A stretch of 64,000 nucleotides of DNA from Macrostomum lignano (Eukaryota): assembly GCA_002269645.1 (NCBI GenBank), contig NIVC01000307.1, forward strand, positions 310,001 through 374,000. Direction: 5' to 3'. Positions 28,801 to 40,000 of this stretch are shown in pieces. The translations under genes and the position numbers were made by a program. The notes under the pieces were generated by a model. That model made no database searches. It was not told the DNA's origin and worked only from the letters and a program-made list of their open reading frames with translations. Positions within the stretch are counted from its first letter, which is position 1; each line of letters starts with the position of its first letter.

Positions 28801-29038
28801 GAGACGTGACCCAGAGCAGGTGAGCAGACGGGTCTCGTCTCTGACAGTCAGACACGGCCTCGGTGAGGTTCCTTCCGTTGGATCCCTTGACCAGGATGTA
28901 GCAGTTGCTCCCGTATGACAACCAGTCGGTAGGGCAGTCAACGGCGTCTGCAGCCTGGTGACACAGCTGTAGGCTCAGCATCATCAGCAGCCACAGTGTG
29001 AATGCATATCCTAAAGCTTTAGCTTGTCCCCTATTCAT
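25830..29038 (-). CDS. Type I membrane multi-C-type-lectin receptor (SP, 3 atypical CTLDs, shortened CTLD-like domain, TM), ~770 aa; exons 29038-28617, 28104-27487, 27403-26771, 26685-26305, 26088-25830
   Basis: Signal peptide; repeated CP..W...FCY..A..DC..HLL..EMDW..W.GL..FKWL..FCK; Thr/Ser linkers; TM YLLISLASSMLLLLAACFGLMLAA. All introns are phase-2 GT-AG and exon lengths keep frame. Confidence 0.8.
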
Positions 29039-29595
29039 ATTCAGAGTTCTTCTGTACAGCAAACTAGACCTTATACTTGTAGCGCACAGTATTTGCCTGC
29101 TTCAGTTAGCCTTGACACCTGATTTAACATTGAGCTATAGCCCGACTTATTAGTTGCTACTTTTTACAGTGCTGCCACCAGTTGCGAATAGTTAAATAAC
29201 TTAAATAATTGAAAGGAGAGATTCTCCTCGCTGATAATATACGGGTATCGTGATTCTGCCCTTCCTAAGGAACATTAAAAGGCTAAATGTGTGTCGTCCT
29301 TGTGCGTAAAGACTGTGCCTTATTACTTACGAGTAATACATGTAGCTAGTTTATCCCAGATTTATTGCGAGGTATAGAAAATCCAATAGCAAAATAGCAT
29401 ATGAAAATCGAACCTCCACCATTGGTTCAGATTCGCTAGAAAAAAGTCAAACAACAAAGTTGAATGGCTAAACAAAAATATACGCCAGTCTATTTTTATG
29501 TGTTTACTTGTTTTGCTTGTTATATATTTACTGCATATGCAATAAAATAATTTATTGCTCATTTTCACGTCATCAATTGGTGTGTACTTAAGTTT

Positions 29596-32500
29596 TTAAA
29601 ATCCTAGCAGAAAAGCCAAAATGACCAGACTGGCCAGCAGACAGCGCACACAACCCGCCTGACATCTCGCTGCAGACCGCGGAAGAGACGCCTCGACGCC
29701 GCAGAAGAAGGTGCGAAGCCGACGCCGCCTCGCCAATTGGTTGCCACGAAAACTGCGGGCAGGCAACGCGGCGGATTCGAGACTCAATGAATCGGTCAGG
29801 CAAATCCGTAACAAAAAATCGCATCGGCTCTTGAAACTCACCTGGCGAAAGGTTTAGCAAAGTCCACGCGCCTCCCCACCAGAAGTGCCGTGGACCCCGG
29901 CTCCAACCTCCTGCGGCACTCCGCCAGCGCCAGGCGGGGGCTGACTGCTCGTACCGTCAAAGCGCAGGCTGCTGACGGCTTCGACTTTGACAGCAGCAAC
30001 GGTCGGAGCGGCGGCAGGCACCGGCGATCGCCAGAAGCTTGGAGTGACTCAACCGAATCCAGTGGTTGTCGATGCCGTCGCTGAGGCGCCTTGCAGAGGT
30101 GAAAGTGTCGCGCCTCTGGTTGGTACGTCCTCCACACCAACCGCGGTCGAGAGTCCATCAGGAAGCCGAAGTTCATAGGCGGGTTGCTGGGACCGACCAG
30201 CCAGTTTCTGTAAGGTCAGAGATTTTATATTAGTGATTCGTTTTAGGGTGTTTCCGTTCATCTTTATGGCAGTAAAGCTCACACGCTGATGTTGACAATG
30301 CCATTTTCCATGAGCCACTTAAACTTCCCTCCGTCTGCCTCGTCTCTGTACAGTCCGGTCTACGCTGCGTCTCCTTGAAACCTGCAGTCTCGGCACTGAG
30401 CTCTGTAGTCTTCTCTGAGTCTCCAGTTCCTAGCCGATGTGTCCATCACCCAGTCCATCTCAGATTGAGACGTGACCCAGAGCAGGTGAGCAGACGGGTC
30501 TCGTCTCTGACAGTCAGACACGGCCTCGGTGAGGTTCCTTCCGTTGGATCCTTTGACCAGGAGGTAGCAGAAGCCCTTAAACTGCAGCCAGTCCTGTGAC
30601 GGACAGGCACGTCGAGGAGCTGTGGTGGTCGTTAGCATAACGGTAGTTGTTTCAGGTGTCGACTGCAGAGTAGTTAGGTTTGGACTAATCGTTGGCAAAG
30701 TAACAATTTCATGAGTTGTTTTCGGCTCCCTTGTTGCAATAGCTGTTGTTGCTGTCGCACCAGTGGGGGCTGTTGTGCTGACAAACACAGGCGCTTTACA
30801 GAAGTGATAGTGCTTGGATTCAGGTGAGTAGGTTCGGAAGTACAAGTTGTTTACTGTTCCATAAATGTAGCCATAGTTTCTTGGTGGATTACCTGGCTCT
30901 AAAAAAACCAATTCCTGAAAGGAATGAAATTTACTTATGTTTGAAATGGAGCTAAAGCCAATTGTAAGAACTATAAGCAAATTTAAATGCATCACTTACA
31001 CGGTAACATCTAGATTGGAGTTATCAATGAGCCACTTGAAATTCCCTCCGTCTGCCTCGTCTCTGTACAGTCCGGTCCAGGCGGCATCTCCCAGGTTCCT
31101 GCAGTCTCGGCACTGAGCTCTGTAGTCTTCTCTGAGTCTCCAGTTCCTTTCTGAGTAGTCGGTAACCCAATCCATCTCGGCTTGAGACGTGACCCAGAGC
31201 AGGTGAGCAGACGGGTCTCGTCTCTGACAGTCAGACACGGCCTCGGTGAGGTTTCGTCCGTTGGATCCCTTGACCAGGAGGTAGCAGAAGCCTTTAAACA
31301 GCTGCCAATCCACTGATGGGCATGAACCCTCGTTCTCGTTGGGCCGTGTTGTTTCCTCTGCAATAAATTATACACAGGTCTAGAAACAAAAAAGTATTTT
31401 CAACTTTCAGTTTTTTAACTTCAAAGCTGAATCTAAATCCTGCTAGTTAATTGCTTTGCCGTAGACTTTTCATTTATGTTATTTTGTCATACGTTTTTAG
31501 TAGGTCTTTCTGTCGTGAATTCTGATAGTGCTCCTGTCGATTGCTCGGTTTGTAGATTCATTCGTCGGTCTGTTGTTGATTCAGTCCAATTGAAAACTGA
31601 AGAAATCGTTGTAAATTTTGTTGTTTGTCGTTCTGTTTTATCTGTTTGTAGTTCTGTCAATATCTTTTTGTTGTTCCATTTATCTTTACTGCTGTTTTTT
31701 CCGTCAATCGTTTTCTTGTTGATTCGGAAGAAATTTCTGTTGTTGGTTGTGTGAAGCGTTCTATTTGTCCTCTCATTGATCGTTTCGTTTGTTGTTCTGT
31801 GTCTTGTTACGAGCTATTCTTTATCCTGTTATCCTGTTATTTTTTTGTCAGTATATTTGTTTTTTATTCCGTAAGTTTGTCTGTTGTGTTGGTTCCGTGA
31901 ATAGTTCTGTTGCTGATTTTGACGATGTGCTGTTGTTTGTTGTGTTGATCGTTCTTGTTGATGTGGTTCTGTCTATCCTTCTGTTATTCATATCGTCAGT
32001 CTCTCTGTTACGAGAGCATTGATTCCGTCAACAGTTCGGCTTTTCGTTCCGTTGACGGTGCTAAAGCTATTGTTGGTCACTTTTTCGATCGTTCTGTTGA
32101 GGGTTTTATCGGTGGCTCCGTATTTTTTCTGTACTCGACACTGTCGTGTATTCGGTCGATTGTTTTGCTGTAGACGCCAGTGCTGTTGTTATTTTTTAGC
32201 CAGCTACTTCTATTATATTTTTGCACAAAAGTGGAGTTATGAGTGGAGTGTAGTGTATGAAGGCTAACTCACTTTTGAGACAAAAAAGGTTAATAATAAC
32301 CCCATTTCGCATTGTAATTTGGCCCCTGTATTTTTGGGTCGTCATGCTCACTTAAGGCGGCATGTTTAGGCATCAACGGCTGTCATTATAATGAGTCTCT
32401 ATGGGGTCCATAGGTGGCGTCATAGAAACGCCATAATCTGAATGAACTACTTCTGACAAACGTTTTGAACGTACCAATATGTCGAGTGCCTAAATAAGTG

Positions 32501-35089
32501 ACAGTGTCCTCAAATCCACCAGGCTTCTGAACGATCACGCTCAGATTGTACTCAAGACCTGTGTGCAAATTTTTGCATGTAGCCATCGGAACCGTCGATT
32601 TGACAACTGTGACATCGCTGCGACACGACTGCAGGTGAGCGCGTAGGTGACTGCTGGAGTGTTGGACTCCGACCAGCTCACTGTAATTCCAGTCTCGTAC
32701 ACCGCGTATTGAACTTTGTTGACATCTATGGGGAATAGTTCTGAAATTTTGTTTTGCAAATACATGTCCACTGAAACAGGTATGGAGGTCATCATGAACG
32801 TAGCAACGAAAGTGCACAAAATTCAAATTGCGGTTTGAACAACATTCGAAAAACACGAATATTGTTTTTCGCAACAACTTTTGCCAAGGCAAAGGTGGCA
32901 GTTCCAATAATTACATTAGGGCTTTAGTGCATTTCTGGCTCGGGAAAACAAAAGTATAGCTACATGGTGCTACAGAATATTCTTACGAAAAAACAAGGCA
33001 TTATAATTATTGAAAGTCAATTAGAAATAAGCTTATAACATGCACTTAAATAAAATCTTTTATATTGAAATTTCTAGAATGTACTTTTAGCGTGATTGCT
33101 TACAAATGTCTCTTTTTCCCCAAAGCATGCAATTTTTACAAAAATAGATTATGGCACCGAAATATTGCTAATAACTGCTTACTGGTAAGCGCCGTGCCTC
33201 GAACATAACTAGACTGAGGAAATCCCGGCTTCACAGTTCGAACTGTCACATCGATGCTGGCGCCAGATTGCAGATTGCTGCACAGGACACTGTCGCCATC
33301 GACAATTCCTGCGCAGCTGACTTCGTAACGGATGCCAACATCGGGCGACGGAACCCAATGGACTCGAAAACTGGTCTCATCAATGTCAGAGAAGTGCAAC
33401 GGCTCTGGTAGATTGCTGAGGGCTGACGATATGAGGCTTCGAGTTAGTACTTATTTGTTAGATATTTATCAATTAAACGAGACTATCATGCAACTGCCGC
33501 GTGAAATCACGCCATCGGTAGCGCGGCGATTCAAGGTCAAATGCTAAATAAGGCAGAACTGCCACGCACAGTGCGCGTGATCTATGGGTAAACAAAACCA
33601 AGGTATCCTCGTTCAGTTACGTGCACATGAATTTGGTGCTTGTGCCTTAACATTACGAGCGTATAACTACCAAGGGGATTCCCCCCCCCCCCCTGACATT
33701 TTTTGCTGCACCGGAACGGAGCAATGCAGGCACACAGAACTCCAGAACGTCGAGATTTTTAACGATTCTACCAGAAGGTCGGATTTATTGATTTTCCTTG
33801 TATTGCATGATTTAATAATGTACGTGCTTTATTCAGTTCGCTATGTACGCTGATTGAGCCCAGGCCCATTACACCCACCCCCTCCGCGCTGGCTGATATT
33901 CTGACTGACTGCAAATAAATATATCATCGAGAGGGCTTGCTAGCCCTATGTACAGTTTACGGTTTACGTTTCGTTTTGTTATCATCTCGCATGAGCCTCA
34001 GCTCCAGATAGTTTGGCGGACCATCGGTCTCTTCATTTCTACAGTACACCTTCAACAGGTGGCAACAGATGACTATGGACACCCTGTTGCAAATTTCTTT
34101 AGTTTCGCTGATCAAGCCTTGATAGTGAGCAAGCCTCAACTGCTGGACATCCTCAGCTAGTCTTTCAAACATTCCGTCATCACCCCGACGCCGTCAGCAC
34201 CTTCAACAGGTGGCACCAGGTGACTATGGACACACTGTTGCAAATGTCTTCGATGTCGCTGACCGAGCATCAGTAATGGGCAAACTTCAACTCCTGGTAC
34301 GAGAATTCTCAACCTGTTGAAGGCAGAATCGTCGAATATCTCGACGGTCCGGAGGGCTGGCGATTTGATTCTTGTTTGAGAAGTTGTGCGCAACAAAAAG
34401 TTTGTCCGTGTTCTGGAGTTTCGTGTGCCTGAGTTGCATCGTTCTGGCGCAGTAAAAACAATTGTGTCCCCCCTTGGTAACTCGACGGGTGGAAAGATGG
34501 TTTGCCATTCCGCTGTTAAAATTGACATTTGGGCAATTCTCGCCTATGAAGGTCAGAGGTCAGGCCCCAAGGCTGACACAAGGTATGTACATTGCCTGAT
34601 GATAAGAAAGTCAGGGCTGCTGAACACCCTGTGTTAGTGCCCGCCTGCGTACACATCTGTCCCCAGTAACAAAAACCCGTGTTCAACTTGCCTTATGCTT
34701 CACTCTGTCTCACCTGTCTTGGCATTCAAAACGTAGGACGGACTCAATTCGCAGTCGCGATGCCCAGCCTGCAGCAACACCACGTATTCCATGGCGGGAA
34801 TCAATCCGGAAAATTTGTACGTGGTACCCGAGGTGGTGATTTGCTGTTCGTGACCTGTACAGCCGGGACAACTGAGCACGTAGTAAAAGTCCCATAGCTC
34901 CGGTACGGTCGATGGCTGCAGCCAATCGACAATGATTTCCGACACAGTTGATCGACGAACAATCGCTAGGGTGATTTTGTCGACTTGGTTTGGGTTGGCA
35001 ACGCCGCACCTGATGTTTGCCTGCACATTTGAGCTAATTAAACAGCAGCTCAGGATTAAAAAGCATGAGAGATTCCAGTTCGAGCTCAT
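29596..35089 (-). pseudogene. Disrupted gene: SP, 3 FN3, decayed Thr-rich exon, 2 atypical CTLDs, shortened domain, hydrophobic tail; exons 35089-34714, 33422-33183, 32740-32475, (32167-31493), 31357-31000, 30914-30283, 30207-29842, 29752-29596
   Basis: FN3 W/Y motifs in three phase-1 exons. Lesions: FN3 exon 3 is 266 nt (1 short); the CTLD exon is 632 nt versus 633 in paralogs (A7 at 30901-30907 versus A8 at 40082-40089); TGG->TAG at 30360-30362; the mucin-like exon has stops in all frames. Confidence 0.75.
33668..34500. mobile_element. Unclassified foldback-like element (copy 2), in intron 1 of the FN3-lectin pseudogene
   Basis: Imperfect inverted arms 33668-33775 and 34321-34479 (TACCAAGGGG...CCCCTTGGTA); internal ~151-bp direct repeat (34049/34200); homologous to 7840-8390. 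Confidence 0.6.
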
Positions 35090-35329
35090 CTCGAGTGGAG
35101 AAAGTTAATTAATCTTTTAAGTATATTAGTCTGAGCACAGTCTGCGCTCGTTTCTCTAAGACCACTCTTGACTCTGAGACCGCAGGCAGATATAGTGTGA
35201 AATTGCACAGCTGGTCAGCTAAGATAAGAGAGAAAAAGAAACTAAGGTTTATGGCCAGATAAAGTAACAATTTTTTCGCAAAAAACTGATGCACTATTTG
35301 GTAAAGTTCGATCTAACTACCACTTCTGT

Positions 35330-35835
35330 TCCACCAGTCTGGATCTAGCTACCGTGCTTCTGCTCAACCAGTCTGGATCTAACTACCACTTCTGCTCTAC
35401 CAGTCTGGATCTAACTACCACTTCAGCTCTACCAGTCTGGATCTAACTACCACTTCCGCTCTACCAGTCTGGATCTAACTACCACTTCCGCTCTACCAGT
35501 CTGGATCTAACTACCACTTCTGCTCTACCAGTCTGGATCTAACTACCACTTCCGCTCTACCAGTCTGGATCTAACTACCACTTCTGCTCTACCAGTCTGG
35601 ATCTAACTACCACTTCCGCTCTACCAGTCTGGATCTAACTACCACTTCTGCTCTACCAGTCTGGATCTAACTACCACTTCCGCTCTACCAGTCTGGATCT
35701 AACTACCACTTCTGCTCTACCAGTCTGGATCTAACTACCACTTCTGCTCTAAAGTCTGGATCTAACTACCACTTCTGTTCTACCAGTCTGGATCTAACTA
35801 CCACTTCTGCTCTACCAGTCTGGATCTAACTACCA
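35330..35835. repeat. 32-bp minisatellite ACCAGTCTGGATCTAACTACCACTTCYGCTCT (~16 copies)
   Basis: Period 32 (35401/35433). Confidence 0.95.
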
Positions 35836-36247
35836 GTAGAGCTAGTGAGTAAAATGCAGCTACGATCATAATTAATCAAGTCGATATGCCCCACTAGCAC
35901 CCAGAAGTCTTCTGACGAGTACATTGCTCATTAAAAAAATAAATAAGGGCTGGAAATTCTCTTCTACACAGTATTTTGTACGCCGTGAATACTTTCGATA
36001 ACAGTCACAGATAATGATCTGTATACGGGTTTGACTTCAGTTTTTTACATTCCAACCTCTACATCACTGGAGTAAAAAATGTCAAAACTATTGCATAACA
36101 TCACATAGGCATTTTTGCAATGGCTTTATCTGACCTAATGAGCAGGAGCAGATACAATTACAAGTGTACTATCAAACATCTCTTGTCCTGTTATTCCTGT
36201 AATGAACTTGGCCTGAAACTGTTACTTGCAACTTTAGGCATTCTACC

Positions 36248-36480
36248 CTGAGCTACTCTGAGCTACTCTGAGCTACTCTGAGCTACTCTGAGCTAGTCTA
36301 AGCTACTCTAAGCTACTCTAAGCTACTCTGAGCTACTCTGAGCTACTCTGAGCTACTCTGGCTACTCAGAGCTACTCTGAGCTACTCTGAGCTACTCTGA
36401 GCTACTCTGGGCTACTCAGAGCTACTCAGAGCTACTCTGAGCTACTCTGATCTACTCTGAGCTACTCAGAGCTGCCTATG
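36248..36480. repeat. 10-bp repeat GAGCTACTCT
   Basis: Seen directly. Confidence 0.93.
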
Positions 36481-37068
36481 GCTAGTATATGCTACTATTC
36501 CTTTTGATTTGAATTCTATACTATCAACCTCATGATACCATCAATCACACATCCAAGTGCCCATTTTAAGGTTTTCCTTATAGTCCTTATAGTTTGCGCT
36601 TAGTTGGAATTTAAATATAGCTTGCTAACAGAAATTAAGCATCCTTTCACGAACGATATCGCGTGAGTAACGTTAAAAACGTATACAAAAAGTTTTTGCT
36701 ACTGATTAGGATAACAGCACACCAAATATGTTGTAAGTTTTTATAGTTTCAATCGTAGTGTTTGGACATCCTTCAATCTCAAGTAACAGTTTACAGTGGT
36801 CTTTATTTAGTTGAAAATCAAGTTCTTTATTAAAAGTTTCAGGATTGTTTCATTTAGAATACGAAAACAGGTACAAAACTTTAAGGCGCGTACATGATAT
36901 AAAGACTCAATCGAAAGACCTTCAATCAGAGATAAACAATATTTGAAATAAAAGTATTTGCAGTCAAAGCTCAAAACTAAACAGGTAGCTCTTTAAGCTA
37001 CCTGTTTCTAAGAAAAGGCAAGCGTGTTTTTTGCAATAAATATTCAAAAAGAACAGAGTAACGCCAAT

Positions 37069-40000
37069 TTAAATGACGCTTGTTTTCATCGCATCGCTAC
37101 CAACTGGTTCCATCGACACAGAGACAGAGGTTGGTGTGTCCAATTGAATATTAGAAATTCCGTTACGCGTCACGTGACTTGCGTCGTCTAAGAATCCGCC
37201 ATTGACGGCCGACTGCGCAGCACCTGCAGCCTGTGCGGAGGCAAAGAATTTGAAGTAGATAACGGCAGCAGCAACTGCTGCAGCTACGACAGAGACCGAG
37301 CTGATCCAGATGATGTGCACGTACAGCATTGGTAAACCGCCCTCTGGCTGAGTCAGATCAGAGCTGGTGACAATTGTGGTGCTGTCTAAACCTGAAGTTG
37401 AAGCCCGGCTCGCTGTTGTTGAATGCCGCATCGTAATTGAAGTATCTTGACTGTCCGAAGTCGTCAGTGTTGACTGTACAAGGGTGGTTTCCATTCTCGA
37501 GGTAATGGGTGATGCTACGGTGGTTTCGGAAGCTGTTTGACTCGATGTAGGTTCCGTTGTTTGAGCAGTGCTAATTTTTTCTGCAGTTGACGGGCTTGTT
37601 GACGTCCTGAGTGTAAAATCTGTCGGTGATGATGTTGTCTGGCTCTGTGTTGCCTCTGGTGTTGTCTGGCTCTGCGTTGCCTCTGGTGTTGTCTGGCTCT
37701 GCGTTGCTTCTGGTGTTGTCTGGCTCTGCGTTGCTTCTGATGTTGTCTGGCTCTGCGTTGCCTCTGGTGTTGTCTGGCTCTGCGTTGCTTCTGATGTTTT
37801 CTGGCTCTGCGTTGCTTCTGGTGTTGTCTGGCTCTGCGTTGCTTCTGATGTTGTCTGGCTCTGCGTTGCTTCTGGTGTTGTCTGGCTCTGTGTTGCCTCT
37901 GGTGTTGTCTGGCTCTGCGTTGCTTCTGGTGTTGTCTGGCTCTGTGTTGCCTCTGATGTTGTCTGGCTCTGCGTTGCTTCTGGTGTTGTCTGGCTCTGCG
38001 TTGCTTCTGGTGTTGTCTGGCTCTGCGTTGCTTCTGGTGTTGTCTGGCTCTGCGTTGCTTCTGGTGTTGTCTGGCTCTGCGTTGCTTCTGGTGTTGTCTG
38101 GCTCTGTGTTGCCTCAATTGTAGATTCAGTCGGTGTTGTGTCTGGTGTCGACTGGCTCTGCGTTGATTCGATTGTAGACTCATTCGGTGTTGTGTCTGGT
38201 GTCGACTGGCTCTGTGTTGTCTCAATTGTAGATTCAGTCGGTGTTGTGTCTGGTGTCGACTGGCTCTGTGTTGCCTCAATTGTAGATTCAGTCTGTGTTG
38301 TGTCTGGTGTCGACTGGCTCTGTGTTGTCTCCATTGTAGATTCAGTCAGTATTGTGTCTGGTGTTGAATGACTCTGTGTTGCCTCAATTGTAGATTCAGT
38401 CGGTGTTGTGTCTGGTGTCGACTGGCTCTGCGTTGATTCGATTGTAGACTCATTCGGTGTTGTGTCTGGTGTCGACTGGCTCTGTGTTGTCTCAATTGTA
38501 GATTCAGTCGGTGTTGTGTCTGGTGTCGACTGGCTCTGTGTTGCCTCAATTGTAGACTCATTCGGTGTTGTGTCTGGTGTCGACTGGCTCTGTGTTGTCT
38601 CAATTGTAGATTCAGTCGGTGTTGCGTCTGGTGTCGACTGGCTCTGTGTTGCCTCTTGTGTCGACTGGCTCTGTGTTGTCTCAATTGTAGATTCAGTCGG
38701 TGTTGTGTCTGGTGTCGACTGGCTCTGTGTTGTCTCAATTGTAGATTCAGTCTGTGTTGTGTCTGGTGTCGACTGGCTCTGTGTTGTCTCAATTGTAGAT
38801 TCAGTTGGTGTTGTGTCTGGTGTCGACTGGCTCTGTGTTGCCTCAATTGTAGATTCAGTCTGTGTTGTGTCTGGTGTCGACTGGCTCTGTGTTGCCTCAA
38901 TTGTAGATTCAGTCTGTGTTGTGTCTGGTGTCGACTGGCTCTGTGTTGCCTCAATCGTAGATTCAGTCGGTGTTGTGTCTGGTGTCGACTGGCTCTGCGT
39001 TGATTCGATTGTAGACTCATTCGGTGTTGTGTCTGGTGTCCACTGGCTCTGTGTTGCCTCAATTGTAGATTCAGTCTGTGTTGTGTCTGGTGTCGACTGG
39101 CTCTGCGTTGATTCGATTGTAGACTCATTCGGTGTTGTGTCTGGTGTCGACTGGCTCTGTGTTGCCTCAATTGTAGATTCAGTCTGTGTTGTGTCTGGTG
39201 TCGACTGGCTCTGTGTTGCCTCAATTGTAGATTCAGTCTGTGTTGTGTCTGGTGTCGACTGGCTCTGTGTTGCCTCAATTGTAGATTCAGTCGGTGTTGT
39301 GTCTGGTGTCGACTGGCTCTGTGTTGCCTCAATCGTAGATTCAGTCGGTGTTGTGTCTGGTGTCGACTGGCTCTGCGTTGATTCGATTGTAGACTCATTC
39401 GGTGTTGTGTCTGGTGTCCACTGGCTCTGTGTTGCCTCAATTGTAGATTCAGTCTGTGTTGTGTCTGGTGTCGACTGGCTCTGCGTTGATTCGATTGTAG
39501 ACTCATTCGGTGTTGTGTCTGGTGTCGACTGGCTCTGTGTTGCCTCAATTGTAGATTCAGTCTGCGTTGTGTCTGGTGTCGACTGGCTCTGTGTTGCCTC
39601 AATTGTAGATTCAGTCTGTGTTGTGTCTGGTGTCGACTGGCCCTGCGTTGATTCGATTGTAGACTCATTCGGTGTTGTGTCTGGTGTCGATTGGCTCTGT
39701 GTTGCCTCAATCGTAGATTCAGTCGGTGTTGTGTCTGGTGTCCACTGGCTCTGTGTTGCCTCAATTGTAGATTCAGTCTGTGTTGTGTCTGGTGTCGACT
39801 TGCTATATGTCGTATAATCAGCTAGTATTGTGGCAGACGTTGTAACACTTGAGCTAGAAGTAGGCCCAGTTTGTGTTGTAGACTCGGATGTCACTAATGT
39901 TGTCGATTCTGTTGTTAGGATATTCGTTGTTGTTGGCGTATGCGTTGGCGCTGTTGTGCTAACAAACACAGGCGCTTTACAGAAGTGATAGTGTTTGGAT

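Noticed and set aside
33668-34479. Tc1/mariner MITE with a TA target duplication
   Set aside because: Sequence beyond the right TA (ACTCGACGGG..) is shared with the 7840-7880 copy, so it is not the true terminus.
35109-35294. Second signal-peptide-like ORF (MHQFFAKKLLLY..) upstream of the FN3 gene
   Set aside because: It stops before 35089, has no convincing in-phase donor, and hydrophobic ORFs are common in T-rich DNA.
37515-39817. Antisense and alternate-frame ORFs over the mucin VNTR (VSGVDWLC.., RQHRASRH..)
   Set aside because: These are by-products of the 54- and 27-bp coding repeats; only the Thr-rich frame connects to the CTLD and TM segments.
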